Origin: Felis catus
Taxonomy: Eukaryota
Direction of reading: 5' to 3'
Assembly: GCF_018350175.1 (NCBI RefSeq)
Contig: NC_058368.1
Span: forward strand, 147,748,001-147,812,000
DNA: 64,000 nt
The notes under the pieces are model-generated. The model saw only the letters and a program-made list of their open reading frames with translations, had not been told where the DNA came from and ran no database searches. The first letter of the stretch is position 1. Each line of letters opens with the position of its first letter. A program made the translations under genes and the position numbers. Of the stretch, positions 1 through 12,227 are shown piece after piece.

Positions 1-924
1 CAATACAGACGTAAATGGTGAACTGAACAAAATATACTATTAGGTGACGGGATCTTGACAGTTTAATACTGTATGTTACAAAATGCTTAAAAAGCAAATT
101 TCTTCTATTGAAGCAAATGTCGTCTTCATATGACTTACAATGTCACAATCAGCAGTCTTTTATTTTTCTTTTCAGTCAGAAAATAAAATCCAATAAAAAA
201 AACATGAAGCAATATTGTCAAGGGCAGCCCTTCCTTTTAGTTCTATAGTAAAGAAAGACAAACCGCCATGTCAAATGAAGAAGTATAAATCATTTATTGG
301 TCTGATGTGTAGTTTTTGTTGCTCATCGGGTTAGTTTTCCTAAAGTGGGGTTTAGGATTAGAGGCATGTGGGTGCTCCACCTGCAGAGAGGGGGGCTGAT
401 TAGCTCAGACAATGACTCAGCAAGAACATCTCCTAGAATTACATACACATATGTTTAAAGAGCTGTGTTAATGAGGAACCTCCTTCAATTAGCAAAGATA
501 CAAACAATGGAAAGGGAAGATGTTCACAATAACAAGTCAATCAAAAAAGCAAGCAGCTGGAGAATGTAACGCTAACAGATTTATAAAGGTCTGAGAGAAC
601 AGAGCAGGTCAAGGGCTTTTTCTCTGCATATACACAGGTTCTTAGCAAAGGAAAAAAAAAAGCCTCGTGTACATAAAATACGTTCAAAGAGTGGAGCCCC
701 AAATCTTATTTGCTCACTCCTAAGAGCCCCCCAGGTTATTTTAGCTAAAAACAAGTTTCAGTTCTGTAGTTATTTCCTGTCCAGTATGGTAATCAAAATT
801 CTGAAATCATTCAAACATAAGGGAGAAGAGAATTTAAGTCTGGTACTGTCTATTCTCATTAGGACAGAGGTAACAGATGAGAAACTGCCACCCTTCTTCC
901 ATGATGTCAAGAGAGGTTGACATG

Positions 925-1059
925 TCAGGGGAGGGGCAGGTAAAGAGGGAGACACAGAGACTGAGGTGGGGGGGGCGGTGGACATGAATTCAGGAGGTGT
1001 GAGATCATGACCTGAGCCAAATTTGGACGCTCAACAGACTGAGCCACCCAGGAGCCCTG
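925..1059 (-). mobile_element. Can-SINE, degraded and internally deleted
   Basis: Reverse-strand SINE motifs gagggagacacaga ... gagatcatgacctgagcc ... gactgagccacccaggagccc. Confidence 0.85.
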
Positions 1060-2514
1060 AAATTCTCTTCTCTAATACAATGCTTTTATAACCTCAGGCA
1101 TTTGGGACCAGGTGGCACAAAAAGGATTCTAGGCCCCTCCTTTTCATGCCCTGAATGATCTACCACCTCAATTTGGGCTGTGGGAATATTTGTCACGTAC
1201 GGTTATTCTCTTGCAGCTATCTATATACATGAATAGAACATATAGGATTCATTGAACAGATATATACACAAAAAACATTTATTTTTAATTCTAGCAATTC
1301 TCTTTAGTCACATGAACGGGGTGCTTCTCCTCTGCTCACCTTACCATATTGCTTTCTTTAATCCATGAAGATTAACAAATTAAAGTCCTGTTTATAGTAC
1401 CCAAGGAATACACTGCAGTCTGAAATACGAATTACCAAAATACGTGTCAGCTTATTGTCTGATACAGCCAAAAGAACATTCTTCAAATTCATGGACTTTG
1501 CTTGTCTACACAGTGCCAACAATTGTATTTATTTCACTTTAGATAATTTTTCTTTCTATTCTCTGCTACAATACTGCAGTGATGAATTCAAGTTCTTTCT
1601 GCACTCTGGGAAATGCCTGCAGCAAACTCTCTGAAAGAGAATCCTATAAAAATCCTTTCTACACCTGAGGGTCAGAGTGGCGTTTGAGACCTTCCTTACC
1701 TTAGGGGCAAACAAAACAAACTTTTTCAAGTGGATTATTACCTGGAAGATTCTCCCAGTAGTGTTTAGGATTGATTTCTTATCCTCTACCAGATACCGCC
1801 CTTTTGAAAATGTGGAGACTAACATTTCTCCTCAGGGTGTTGCACAGCTTTTGTTGCTATATTACTTCTGATTACCTAGGATTTTCCTTTAGTATGCCGA
1901 GTGTGTATCTTGTTTTGAAATTATCCAAGAGATAGAGAAATGTTGATGAGGAAAAAATATACAATTAAAAATCTATGCTATTATTTATGGAAAAAAACCC
2001 CACAATTTCTATCCCTCAGTCACTCCCTACCGCACTGTAATTTCTTCTGTTTATACTAATTCCACGAACTGCTCTGACCAACATCACCAGTGTCCCTCTA
2101 TCTTCCTAATCATAACTTTCTCTGCTCCTCTAAGCCAGGGGACACTTTAGGCTATTTGAACCTTCATCAAAATCATGCTTTCGACTTCCACATCATATTC
2201 TCCCATCTTATTTTTTATTTTGTTCTGACAGTTGTCTTCAGTCACATGAATGGAGTCCTTGTCTACTACTCGACTGGCAATATTGCTTTCTCTCTTGGAT
2301 CCACGAAGAACAACAAATGAAATTCCTGTTTACTCTTAAGGCACATCCATGGTGTTACAGACCACATTTACAGCAACAACTTTTGTGGTCCTATTTTGGG
2401 GTGGCACATTAGCATCCAAACTATTTTAATAAGCTTCCTGGACTATATATATATTAAAAGGCTAAAAGCTATGCTTATCAAATTCTTTTGCAGTTGAATA
2501 TATGAATATGGCTT

Positions 2515-2897
2515 AGACTTAGAAAGAATGTATAAATTTCTAGAAACATACCATCTACTACAACTAGATCATGAAATAACCGAAAATCTGAACAGATCTA
2601 TTACTACTAAGGAGATTACATCCGTAATCAAAAATGTCCCAACAAACCTAAGTTCAGGACCAGAAAGCTATTCAATGGCAAATTACACTAGTGGAAGACA
2701 AATTAATATGAATATTTCTCAAATTCTTCCAAAAAAAAAAAAAATAGGAGTGAAACATCTCCAAACCAATTTTACAGAGTCAGCATTATTACCCTGATAC
2801 CAGAAACCAGACAAGGACTATATAAGAAAATTACAGGCCAATAACCTTGATGAACATAGATCTAAAAACCCTCCATAAAATATTAGCAAACAGAATT
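2515..2897 (+). mobile_element. LINE-1 ORF2 fragment (degraded, region upstream of the RT domain)
   Basis: ORF 2528-2797 reads KFLETYHL..ENLNRSITTKEITSVIKNVPT..SGP, like L1 ORF2 'KFLETYNLP..ENLNRPIT..EIESVIKNLPT.KSPGPDGF'; frameshifted downstream. Confidence 0.9.
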
Positions 2898-2929
2898 CTA
2901 CAAAGTTAGTAGCTTAAACCAATGCTACT

Positions 2930-3445
2930 TTGTACACACATTTTATAGCAGTATTATTCATAATAGCCATAAGTAGAAGCAACACAAGTATCCATTGATG
3001 AACAAATCAACAAAATATACTATATGCGCACAATAAATTATTTTGTCGAAACAAAAGAAACATTCTGATATATGCTATAATAAGGATATACCTTGAACAC
3101 ATAATGCTAAATGAAATGAGCCAGTCACCAAAAGACCCATACTACAGGATTTGACTTACCTGTGGTATCTAAATTAGTCAAATTCATAGAAGTAGAATGA
3201 CTGTTGTGGGGGTTTGTGGGAGAGAGAGAATGGGGAGTTGTTGTTTAATGGGTATGGAGTTTCAGTTTGTAAGATGAAAAGAGTTCTGGAGATTGGTTGA
3301 AAACATTATACTGTGAATATAGTTAACACTAATGAACAGTACACTTAAAAATAGCTAAGATGCTAAAACATAAAAACTTCTAGAAAAAAAATAGCTAAAA
3401 TGGTAAGTTTTATATTTAACACAATTAAAATTAAAAAAAAATGAA
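2930..3445 (+). mobile_element. LINE-1 3' end (L1MB/L1MA-like)
   Basis: tttatagcagtattattcataatagcc ... aagagttctggagattgg ... gtacacttaaaaat, ending in an A-rich tail. Confidence 0.85.
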
Positions 3446-3763
3446 AGCATTTTCAAATACACACAACCCCCCTCCCCCCAATTTTTTTTTTTTTTTACCT
3501 TAGAATTCTCCAGGTTGAAAGTCGAACACAGGACTCACTGGGAAAAATCAAGGTGTCTGCAGGGCGATGTCTCCCGAAGTTTCCAGTGGAGAAACTGTTT
3601 TCTCTAGAAAAAGCTTCTCGAAACGGTCATGTTACTCGGTGTTTATAGCTGCCTTCCTCTGTCCTTAAAACCAACAAGGTGATTTGAATCCTCTCAAGCT
3701 TAATCACTGATTAACTGCAGCTGAAAATGTGTCACCACTTGTAAAGATTGTATGTGATTAGAT

Positions 3764-4189
3764 TGGCGGTTCACAAACTTGGAGTTCTGGGGTGAAATCC
3801 AAAACTGGTTCCCATAACAGAGAGCAAGGAGAAACTGAAGAAAGAGTCAGGACAATCCAGACTGGGAGTGGCAGTTTTAATAAGCAAGGGAACTTACTTC
3901 TGAGGTTTGTCTTGGGCAGTCAAAAGACAAAATAAATCTTATCACCCATCTGCCAGAATCTTAGAGGTTTATATAGAGGCTTATACTAGGTTCAGCACAT
4001 ATAATGTCCAGATAGATTCAATAACAACTTAACTTTTCCAAGGCTAAATTCTTGAATCATCTCCCAGTGTGGGAATGGTGGGCAGAATGTAAATTCCGAA
4101 GACAGAGGAGGGGCCAGAAGCCTCTGATTGCCCAAGCACAGCCCCTGGGTCAATCAGCGGTCAGGTCCTCTTGATGACCTTCTCCTACA
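3764..4189 (-). mobile_element. Solo ERV LTR (probably ERV1 class) nested in MLT1
   Basis: TG...CA ends; on the minus strand TATATAAA (3968-3975) precedes ATTAAA (3876-3881); splits the MLT1 motif gattagattg|ggcccacc; TSD degenerate (attg/gttg). Confidence 0.7.
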
Positions 4190-4235
4190 GTTGAGCCCAC
4201 CTGGATAACCCATAGCAGCTACCCATCTCAATCTT

Positions 4236-4429
4236 TCTTTTTTATTTTTAATGTTTATTTATTTATTTTGAGGTGGGGGAAGAGAAACAGAGAAAGAGAG
4301 AGAATCCCAAGCAGTCTCCTCACTGTCAGTGCAGAGCCTGACTCAGGGCTCTAAACCATGAACTGCGAGATCATGACCAGAGCCAGAATCGAGTTGGAAG
4401 CTCAACCCACTGAGCCACCCACTCGCCCC
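4236..4429 (-). mobile_element. Can-SINE
   Basis: T-rich tail, (GA)n, gaatcccaagcag, gagatcatgacc, ctgagccaccc. Confidence 0.9.
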
Positions 4430-5437
4430 ACCCCCACCTCCATCCCCATGTCAATTTTAAATACAACCCCTTATGTCAGGGTAGGTAGCATACCCACAGG
4501 TTCCAAGGAGTAGGGTACAGACCTATGGGAGGTCATCCTGCCACCCACAGTAACATAGGAGGCAAGCTAGGTAATAAGCGTTTGTTTTGCTGCCACAGTA
4601 GCAGTTATAGGAGCATGGCTTTGTAGTCGGTAATCAAAACGGCAGCTCTTTAACCCTGGCATAGAAAGTGTAGTTTTGTTAATAGCTTTGGTAAAAGTGG
4701 CTTCCTCTTTCAGTAGTTCCCTGATTATGGCTGAGCTACTTGTCCCTAGAAGTTCAGCCCCAAGTCTACTCCATTAGGCAATTTATCAGTTGGGTATACA
4801 ATCTAAAATACTGTGTAATAAATCTATTTCTACAAAAATTAGCGACATTGGATTATATTGTCTGAAACTGAACTGTGGCAAGTTTGACATCTCTATTACT
4901 AAGCAGAGAACTTCCTGACAAACAATGCCCACTGACCTGATGGGTATCTACTTTTGGGAAATCTTTAGGGATTTCAAAAAACAGCATACAAAACCTAAAT
5001 TCATAATTTTATCCTCACATTTGGACCTCTTTCTTGTTCCCTGATCTGAATTCCCAGTTTAAGCCTTGGGAATCATCCAATAATAAACTACCTTTTTAAA
5101 TCTCTAATATTCACTTGAGAATAAAATAGTATTACATCTCCTCAAATTCATACCTGCCTATTGTTCCCTACTATTCATACTTCATCAACTCTTAACAAGA
5201 TTACTATGAACACCTGTTAACCAATATCTCAATCACTAAAGGCTCTTTTTTCCCCCAGCTTTATTGAGATACAATTGACAAATAACATTGTGTAAGTTTA
5301 AGATGTACAGCATAATGATTTGATATATATATATATTGCAGAATGATTACCATAATAAGAATAGTTAGACATCCATTAATCCATAACCTCACACTGTTAC
5401 TTTGTGTGTGAAGGGGGAAGTGAGGACTTTAAACATC

Positions 5438-5666
5438 TTTTAAAAAATTTTTTTAATTTTCTTTACTTGGACAGAGAGAGATAGAGAGACAGAGAGAGAG
5501 CATGAATAGGGTAGGGGCAGAGAGAGAGAGAAGAGACAAAATCCCAACCAAGCTCTGCACTTTCAGCTCAGAGCCCTGATGCAGGGCTCGAAATCCAGGA
5601 ACCATGAGATCATTACCTGAGTTGAAAACCAACAGTCAGACACCCGACTGAGCCATCTAGGCACCT
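5438..5666 (-). mobile_element. Can-SINE inside L1
   Basis: T tail, (GA)n, ccatgagatcattacctgag, gactgagccatctaggcacc. Confidence 0.9.
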
Positions 5667-5721
5667 GATTACCACAATAAGGGCAGTTAGACATTCATCA
5701 GTCTCTCGCCTCACCTCACAT

Positions 5722-5762
5722 TGTGTGTGTGTGTGTGCGCGCGCACGCGCGCGTGTGTGTGT
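5722..5762. repeat. (TG)n(CG)n(TG)n alternating purine-pyrimidine tract
   Basis: tgtgtg...gcgcgcgcacgcgcgcgtgtgtgt. Confidence 0.95.
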
Positions 5763-7449
5763 CTATACGTGTATATGGATTGGTGAGAATTTTTAACATC
5801 TATTCTCTTAGCAACTTTCAAGTATATAATACAGTACTGCTAAATATAGTTACCATCTGTACATTACACCCCCAGAACTTAACTCATAATTGGAAGTTTG
5901 TACTCTGACCAACTTTACTGATTTCCCTCACTCCTTACCCACCCTCCAAACTACCGATTTACTGTTTCTATGAGTTCAGTTTCTTTTAGATTCCACATAG
6001 AAAGTGAGATCATACAGTATTTATCTTTCTCTGCTTGATATATTTCACTTAGAATAATGCCCTCAAGATCTATCCACATTGTTACAAATGGCAGAATTAT
6101 TTTTTACATGGATGAATAATATTCATGAATATAATATTCATATATACGTATATACATATATGCACACACACATTTTCTTTTTTCATTCATCTGTTGATGG
6201 ACACTTAGTTTTTTCCCATAATTTGGCTATTTTAAATAATGCTGCAATGAGTATGGGGGTGCAGATATCTTTTTGAGATAGAGATTTTGTTTCCTTCAGA
6301 TACTTAACCAGAAGTAAGAGTGCCACATGTAGTTTTATTTTTAATTTCTTGAGGACACTCCATACTGTTTTCCATAGTGACTGTACCAATTTACATTTTC
6401 ACCAACAGTGCACAAGGGTTTCCTTTTCTCCATATCCTCTCCTACACTTGTTTTCTCTTGTCGTTTTAATAATAGCCATTCTAACAGGTCTGAAGTGATA
6501 TCACATTGCGGTTTTGATTTGCATTCTCCTGATGACTAGTGAAGTTGAGCACCTTTTCATGTAACCTGTTGACCATTTGTATGTCTTGTTTGAAAAAAAT
6601 GTCTATTCAGGTACTTTGCCCATTTTTAAATCAGATAATTTGTTTCTTTGTGCTATTCATTTGTAGGAGTTCCTTACGTATTTTGGATATTAATCTCTTA
6701 CCAGATAGATGGTTTGCAAACATTTCCATGGGGATATTTGTTTCATGGCTGTACAGAAGATTTTTTAGTTTAATATAGTCCCAATTGTTGGCTTTTTGCT
6801 CTAGTTGCTTGTGATTTTGGTGTCACATCCCAAAAATTACCGCCAAGAGGTAATTGTCAAGGAGCTTTTCCTCTGTATTTTCTTCACTGCCCTCACCAAG
6901 GCTCTTTCTGAAATGTATATTGGATCATATGACTACTTTGTTAGAAATCTCAAAGACTCCGTATCTTTTTGTCTACACTAACGTATTCACCTGAGCATAC
7001 TATTTCACTTCTGCTGACTTCCACACTTTCAATTTTCATCACGATTCTAAATGCCACCCATGCTCAAGCACCCTAAAACACCCCTGGCTTCCTGAAACAC
7101 TATACTCCCTCTTTTAATGAAATGCGATCATTTTTAGACATGCTATTGCCTTTATTTGAACCTCTGTCTACACATACGTGTTCCAGCTACCTAACTCTAA
7201 CCTCAGCTTCAAATTTTTAGCCTTTGATGAACATCGGAATCTTTGGGTTTTTCGTTTTGTTTTATTTTGTATTGTTTTGTATTGTTTTGTTTTAGAGTAG
7301 GGGCTAGCTTGTTTTGTTTTTAATTATCTTGAGTCAAGGCATAATCCCTGGAATTTTCCACTCAATTGGCTTATGCCCAGGAAATTACTGAATGCCTAAG
7401 AAATATTCCCAAAATTGTTCTGATGCTCAGTTATGACAGAGAATTAATG

Positions 7450-7600
7450 TTATGGTGGTTAAACAGATCAGATTTCAGAGCTAGACAGGCTTTAGGTCTA
7501 ATATAATTTCTGCCATTTCCTAATTGTATGATTGTGGACAAGTCACTTCACTGTCAAAACTTCAGTTCATATAATAATAATAATTAGACTTTCTAAATTG
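7450..7600 (+). mobile_element. MIR fragment
   Basis: tggtggttaa...agctagacagg...tctgccatttcctaattgtatgattgtggacaagtcactt. Confidence 0.7.
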
Positions 7601-7611
7601 TGAGTTTTTTA

Positions 7612-10600
7612 AAAAAAACTTTTTTAGAACAGTTGTAGATTTACAGAAAAATTGAAAATGTAGGATAAAGCATTACTAAGTACTCTGCACCCAGTTTACG
7701 TTATTATTAATGTCTTATATTAGTATGGTATTTAAGTTACAATTAAGTATTCCTAACTGATATAGTATTAATAACTAAAGTTCATAATTTATTCATATTT
7801 TCTTAGGTTTTACATATTGTCCTTTCTCTGTACAGGATCCTAAGATACCCCATTACATTTTGTTTTCATGCCTCTCTAGGCTACTTTTAGCTATGACAGT
7901 TTCTCAGACTTTTCTTGGTTTTGGTGACCTTGACAATTTTGAGGAGTACTGCTCAGATATTGTGTAGAATGTGCTTCAATTAGGATTTTTTCTGGTGTTT
8001 TTGTCATGCTTAGACTGAGATGATGGTTTTTTGAGAAAAAGAATAGAGATACAAAGTACCATTCTCATCACATCATATCAAAGATACCTGTTAACATGTC
8101 ATTACAGTTACACTGACTTGATCCCCAGGACAAGTTAGTACTTGTTATATTTCTCCATTGTAAAGTTGGTCATTTTTCCTTGCTTCCATACTGTGCTCTT
8201 GGGAAGGAAGTAACTACATGTGGGCTTTACTAAAGGAGTAGGGAGGTATGCCCTCTTTCTTGAGGGCATGGTAGTGATGTATATTATTTGAAATTCTTCT
8301 ACATAGAGATTTATCTCTTCTCCTTCATTATTTATGTATTCAAATTGCAAATAAATATTGGTATGTACTCATAGATATTTATTTCATATATTAGGCCATA
8401 GTTCAATAGTAATTAATTTTGTTATCCAAATTATTCGAGCTTTAGCTCTTGGGAGCTCTGTCATTTGGATCCTATGTCCCTTTGACATACCTCCAACAAC
8501 ATAGTTTTGTTTTGTTTTTTCATTGATTCCTTTCTTTCTGACACTGCAAAACACTCAAAGTTCATCCTTTATATTTTTTACCCTAGTCCTACAATCAGCC
8601 ATTTATCCCAAAAAGTTCAGGTTCTTTTTATTGTAGGATGGTAGTAGAAATCAAGTTTGGGGTGCTATGAATGCTAATTGATACTGGGGTGTTAATACTT
8701 CTAGGTTCTCTCAGCTGTCAGAGCAAGGGAATATATGTGTGTCCACGAATATACATACGTGTGTATAAATATATGTACTTCAAAACATATTTCTGTACAT
8801 ATTTCTATATGTACCTATCTGTATCTATATTATGCTAACCATTAGCTCATACTGATGTCTTCAACTCTAATTTGTTACCTACCATATGGCCATATGAATC
8901 ATTCTTGACTCCTCCCTTGCTTATTTTGTGGCCATTCTCTCTGACAGTGAGAAATCTAACTCTCACAGTTCTTCATTTACTTACTTCCAGTGTGTGTTTA
9001 TAGGGATATCAGAATTCTAAGCTTGTACCCTCATGGGAAGTACCTGTTTCAGCTCCAATATAGTGCTCAGGCACAGTTTCTATTCTCTTTAGTGTTATGT
9101 ACTCTCTCCATTTCCAAAGTTATGGAAGTCAGCATTTTCTTCCCCTACTGTTCAGTGGGTGTTTTACCTTTGCAATATAGTTATATTATTTTGTCACATT
9201 CTGCATTCCATCCTTGGATCACCTCAACGATTGTTTTTTTTTTTTTTTAATTTGGCAAACAGTAAGGTTCATTTCTGTGATAAAAAGTTCTATGTGTAAG
9301 GTACCCAATATTACCATACCATACAGAATTGTTTCACCCCCTTAAAAATTTGTCTGCTCTCCATCTGCTTAACCCTTTTCCCCTAAAAAGGCAACAATTG
9401 ATTTTTTTTTTTTTTTACAGTCACTATAGATTTTCATTTTCCAGAATGTAACCAATGACACATTATACAGCATTTTAACACTGGCTTCTTTCACTTAGGA
9501 ATATACACTTAAAATACTTCCATCATTTTCATGGCTCAATACCTCATTCCTTTTTATCATATAATACAATATAATTGTATGGTGTACCATATTTTTTAAA
9601 AATCTATTTGCTTATTGAAGGACATCTTGATTGCTTCCAGCTTTTGGTGAATATGAAGAAAGGTGGTAAAACATTAATGAACAGGTTTCTGTGTGAACAT
9701 GTTTTCAAATCAGTTGGATAAATGCCTAACAGTGTGATTGTTGGAGCATACGGTAAACTCTTTAGCTTTGTGAGACACTGTTAATTTGTCTTTTGAAGTG
9801 TACCATTTTTATTTACACCAGGAAAGAATGAGGGTTCTTGTCATTCTACATATTCACTAGCAATAGGCATTGTCAGGTTTTTGCATTTTAACCATTCTAA
9901 TAGATGTAAAGTAAAATACAATTTTTGTTTTAATTTGATGGTCCCTAATTACAAATAATGTTGAGCATCATTTTTCATACACTCACTTGCCAACTACATA
10001 TCTTCTTTGATGTTTGTTCAGGTTATTTTTAAATTGGGATATTTTTCTTACTGTCCAGCTGGAAGAGTTCTTTGCAAATATTGGATATAAGTCCTGTACC
10101 ATGTATGTGTTTTGTGACTATTTTCTTCAGTCTCTGGCTGTCGTAGACTCTAAGTCTAAAGTTCTCTTTTGGACAGCAAACGAGCGGATGCAGGATTAAA
10201 GCGAGAGATGGCTAATGTCCGGGAAAAAACAAGAGCCCCGAATAAGGTCCTTGCCACGTTTTTATTAGGACCAGAAGGATTACAAACATGGCGACAGACA
10301 TGTACAAAGGGACAATGAATCTGTGATCATTAACTTGTGGATGTGAGGGAAAGGGAGTCTTGAAGATATTCACAGTTAGGGGTTGGGGCTAATACAAAAC
10401 AAAATCTGGGTGCCTGCTGTCAGAAGGAAGGTTGTTTACAGTGGACACGAGGCAGCACCTCTGTTTATCTTAGCTAGCCTAGGGGATGAGACAAATGGGA
10501 ATAACCTCAGGGTTAACAAGGCACCTTCTCTTTTGTTAACCATCTGACTCTGAGCTGCTTTGCCTTCAGTGCAATGGTCAATAGTCCAATCCACCAATTT

Positions 10601-11770
10601 ACCTAACCTGACCCTATCCTCCTGTGAGAGCAGCTTTTCTGCTACAGTACTAAACTGGGGGTGCTTCCACCCTGAATATCTAATCTTGTTTATTTCATAT
10701 ACCTATGTATTGGGCACCTTTGTGTCGTTTCTATTTCAGGCCTTTGTCTTTCCCTCTCTGTTTTGGGGGCTCTGCACCCCCTCTTTATTTTGAGGTGCCT
10801 TGGCACCTTCCTATTCCTGGCACCTTTATGCCTCCCTATTCTTGGGGTGCCAATCTGATTTACCCAAACTCGGGTGTGAGCCTTTTATGACTTTGTATTT
10901 CTTTATGCCTTGTTAACCCATTGGTGTAAGCCCTGGGGGTTCCTAAGCTTATCCCCCACATCTGGCTAATATATTAATTCTCTTAACAATGTCTTTCATG
11001 GAGCAGACGTTTTTATTTCAATAAAGTCCAATTTATCTTTTTTTTTTCTTTCACAGATTATACTTTTGGTGTTATATCTAAAAATCCTACATTAAACCCA
11101 AGTATCTACTTTTGCTTTATTTTATTTGCATATGGTCATCGATTTGTCCAAAGCGATTTAAAAAATATATAATTTTCCAATTAATTCATTTTGCTCCTTT
11201 GTGATAAATTAATTACTTTATTATTAATTACTATATGTTGTTTTTCTTTTTCTAGGTTCTATTTTCTGTTTCATTGACCTATGTGTCTATTATTTTCCCA
11301 ACACCATGCTGCCAATATTACTGTAGCTTTATATTACATCATAAAATCTGGTAGTATTATCCATATGTAGAAAATAGCTACTGGTATTTTGACCGAAGTT
11401 GCAATAATTTATATATCAGTCCAGAAAGAATTGACACATTAACAATATTGAGTCTTCTCTCCATTAACATGAATATCTCTCAATTTATTAGATCTTGGAT
11501 TTTTTATCAAAGTTTTATAGCTTACACATACAGACTCTATACGTATTTTGTTAGAAATATAACTAAGTATGTCAACTTCACCGCTATTATAAATGGTGTT
11601 AATTTTAAATTTCATATTCCAATTGAACATTGCTAACATATAGAAAACCAACTGACCCTTGTATGTTGATATACCCTGTGGCTTTGCCATACTTGCTTAT
11701 TATTTCCAGGAGCTTTCTGTTGTTGTTGATTCTTTGGGATTTTCTATATAAACAATCATGCCATCTTTAA
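7612..11770 (-). mobile_element. Old LINE-1 (L1MC/L1MD-like), interrupted by a solo LTR at 10139-10960
   Basis: 3' end ttttagaacagttgtagatttacagaaaaattg, long 3' UTR, then antisense degraded ORF2 (ttttaaccattctaatagatgt; gattctttgggattttctatataaacaatcatg). Confidence 0.85.
10139..10960 (-). mobile_element. Solo ERV LTR, ERV2/betaretrovirus-like, 822 bp
   Basis: TG...CA termini; perfect 6-bp TSD tctggc (10133-10138, 10961-10966); minus strand starts TGTGGGGG; AATAAA on the minus strand at 10261-10266. Confidence 0.9.
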
Positions 11771-12227
11771 AAGATAAAATATATAAAATCAATAGAAATA
11801 ATGAACAGTTGCAATGGTGCAAAGAGACTACACATATCAGCACTATCAGACACAGATGTTGATATTATTAATATTTACTACATTCAAGAACATAAAAGAT
11901 ATATTAATGATTTAATTAAACTCAAAATATAAAAATAAAAACGATCAGGTGAAAATTATAGGGGTAATGAAAAAGTAGAACCAAACAAATGTATATAAGA
12001 GAAGATGAGATAAAGCTGAATTAAAAAAAAAGACTATAAGTTAGTAGAAACTATACTGAATGAATATTGAAAGAATAAAAAAATAGAAAGCAGAGAACAC
12101 ATCGTAATATAGACATAGAGGAAACTGTGAGAAAATCCACTATGTGTATAACTGGAACACCTGAAAAGGAGAAAGAGAGGGAATGATAAGGTGGCAAGTG
12201 TATTAATTGAAGAGATAATGGGTGGAA

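Larger units (their letters stand above)
3497..4549 (-). mobile_element. MaLR LTR (MLT1C/D/E-like), interrupted by an ERV LTR and a SINE
   Basis: aatcaaggtgtctgcaggg ... gattagattg / agcccacctggataa ... acaggttccaagg ... ctgccacccaca; a further piece may lie at about 2898-2928. Confidence 0.7.
5249..6890 (-). mobile_element. 5'-truncated LINE-1 (L1MA9-like 3' end plus ORF2 C-terminus)
   Basis: cagctttattgagatacaattgaca 3' end; ORF 6183-6389 reads VQSLWKTVW..LKKLKI (ORF2 C-terminus); degenerate TSD tcactaaaggctcttt (5233-5248) / tcaccaaggctcttt (6893-6907). Confidence 0.92.
4930..7230 (+). mobile_element. L2 relic split by an L1 insertion (pieces about 4930-5245 and 6895-7230)
   Basis: L2-like 3' region on both sides of the L1 (ctcttaacaagattactat...; ggatcatatgactactttgttagaaatctc...). 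Confidence 0.5.

Noticed and set aside
377..400. CTCF-like AGGGGGC motif
   Set aside because: The 5' half of the core does not match the consensus
1556..1880. Overlapping ORFs and a minus-strand donor-like AAG/GTAAGG near 1699
   Set aside because: No matching polypyrimidine acceptor or recognisable peptide
2528..2797. 89-aa ORF
   Set aside because: Degraded L1 ORF2 fragment
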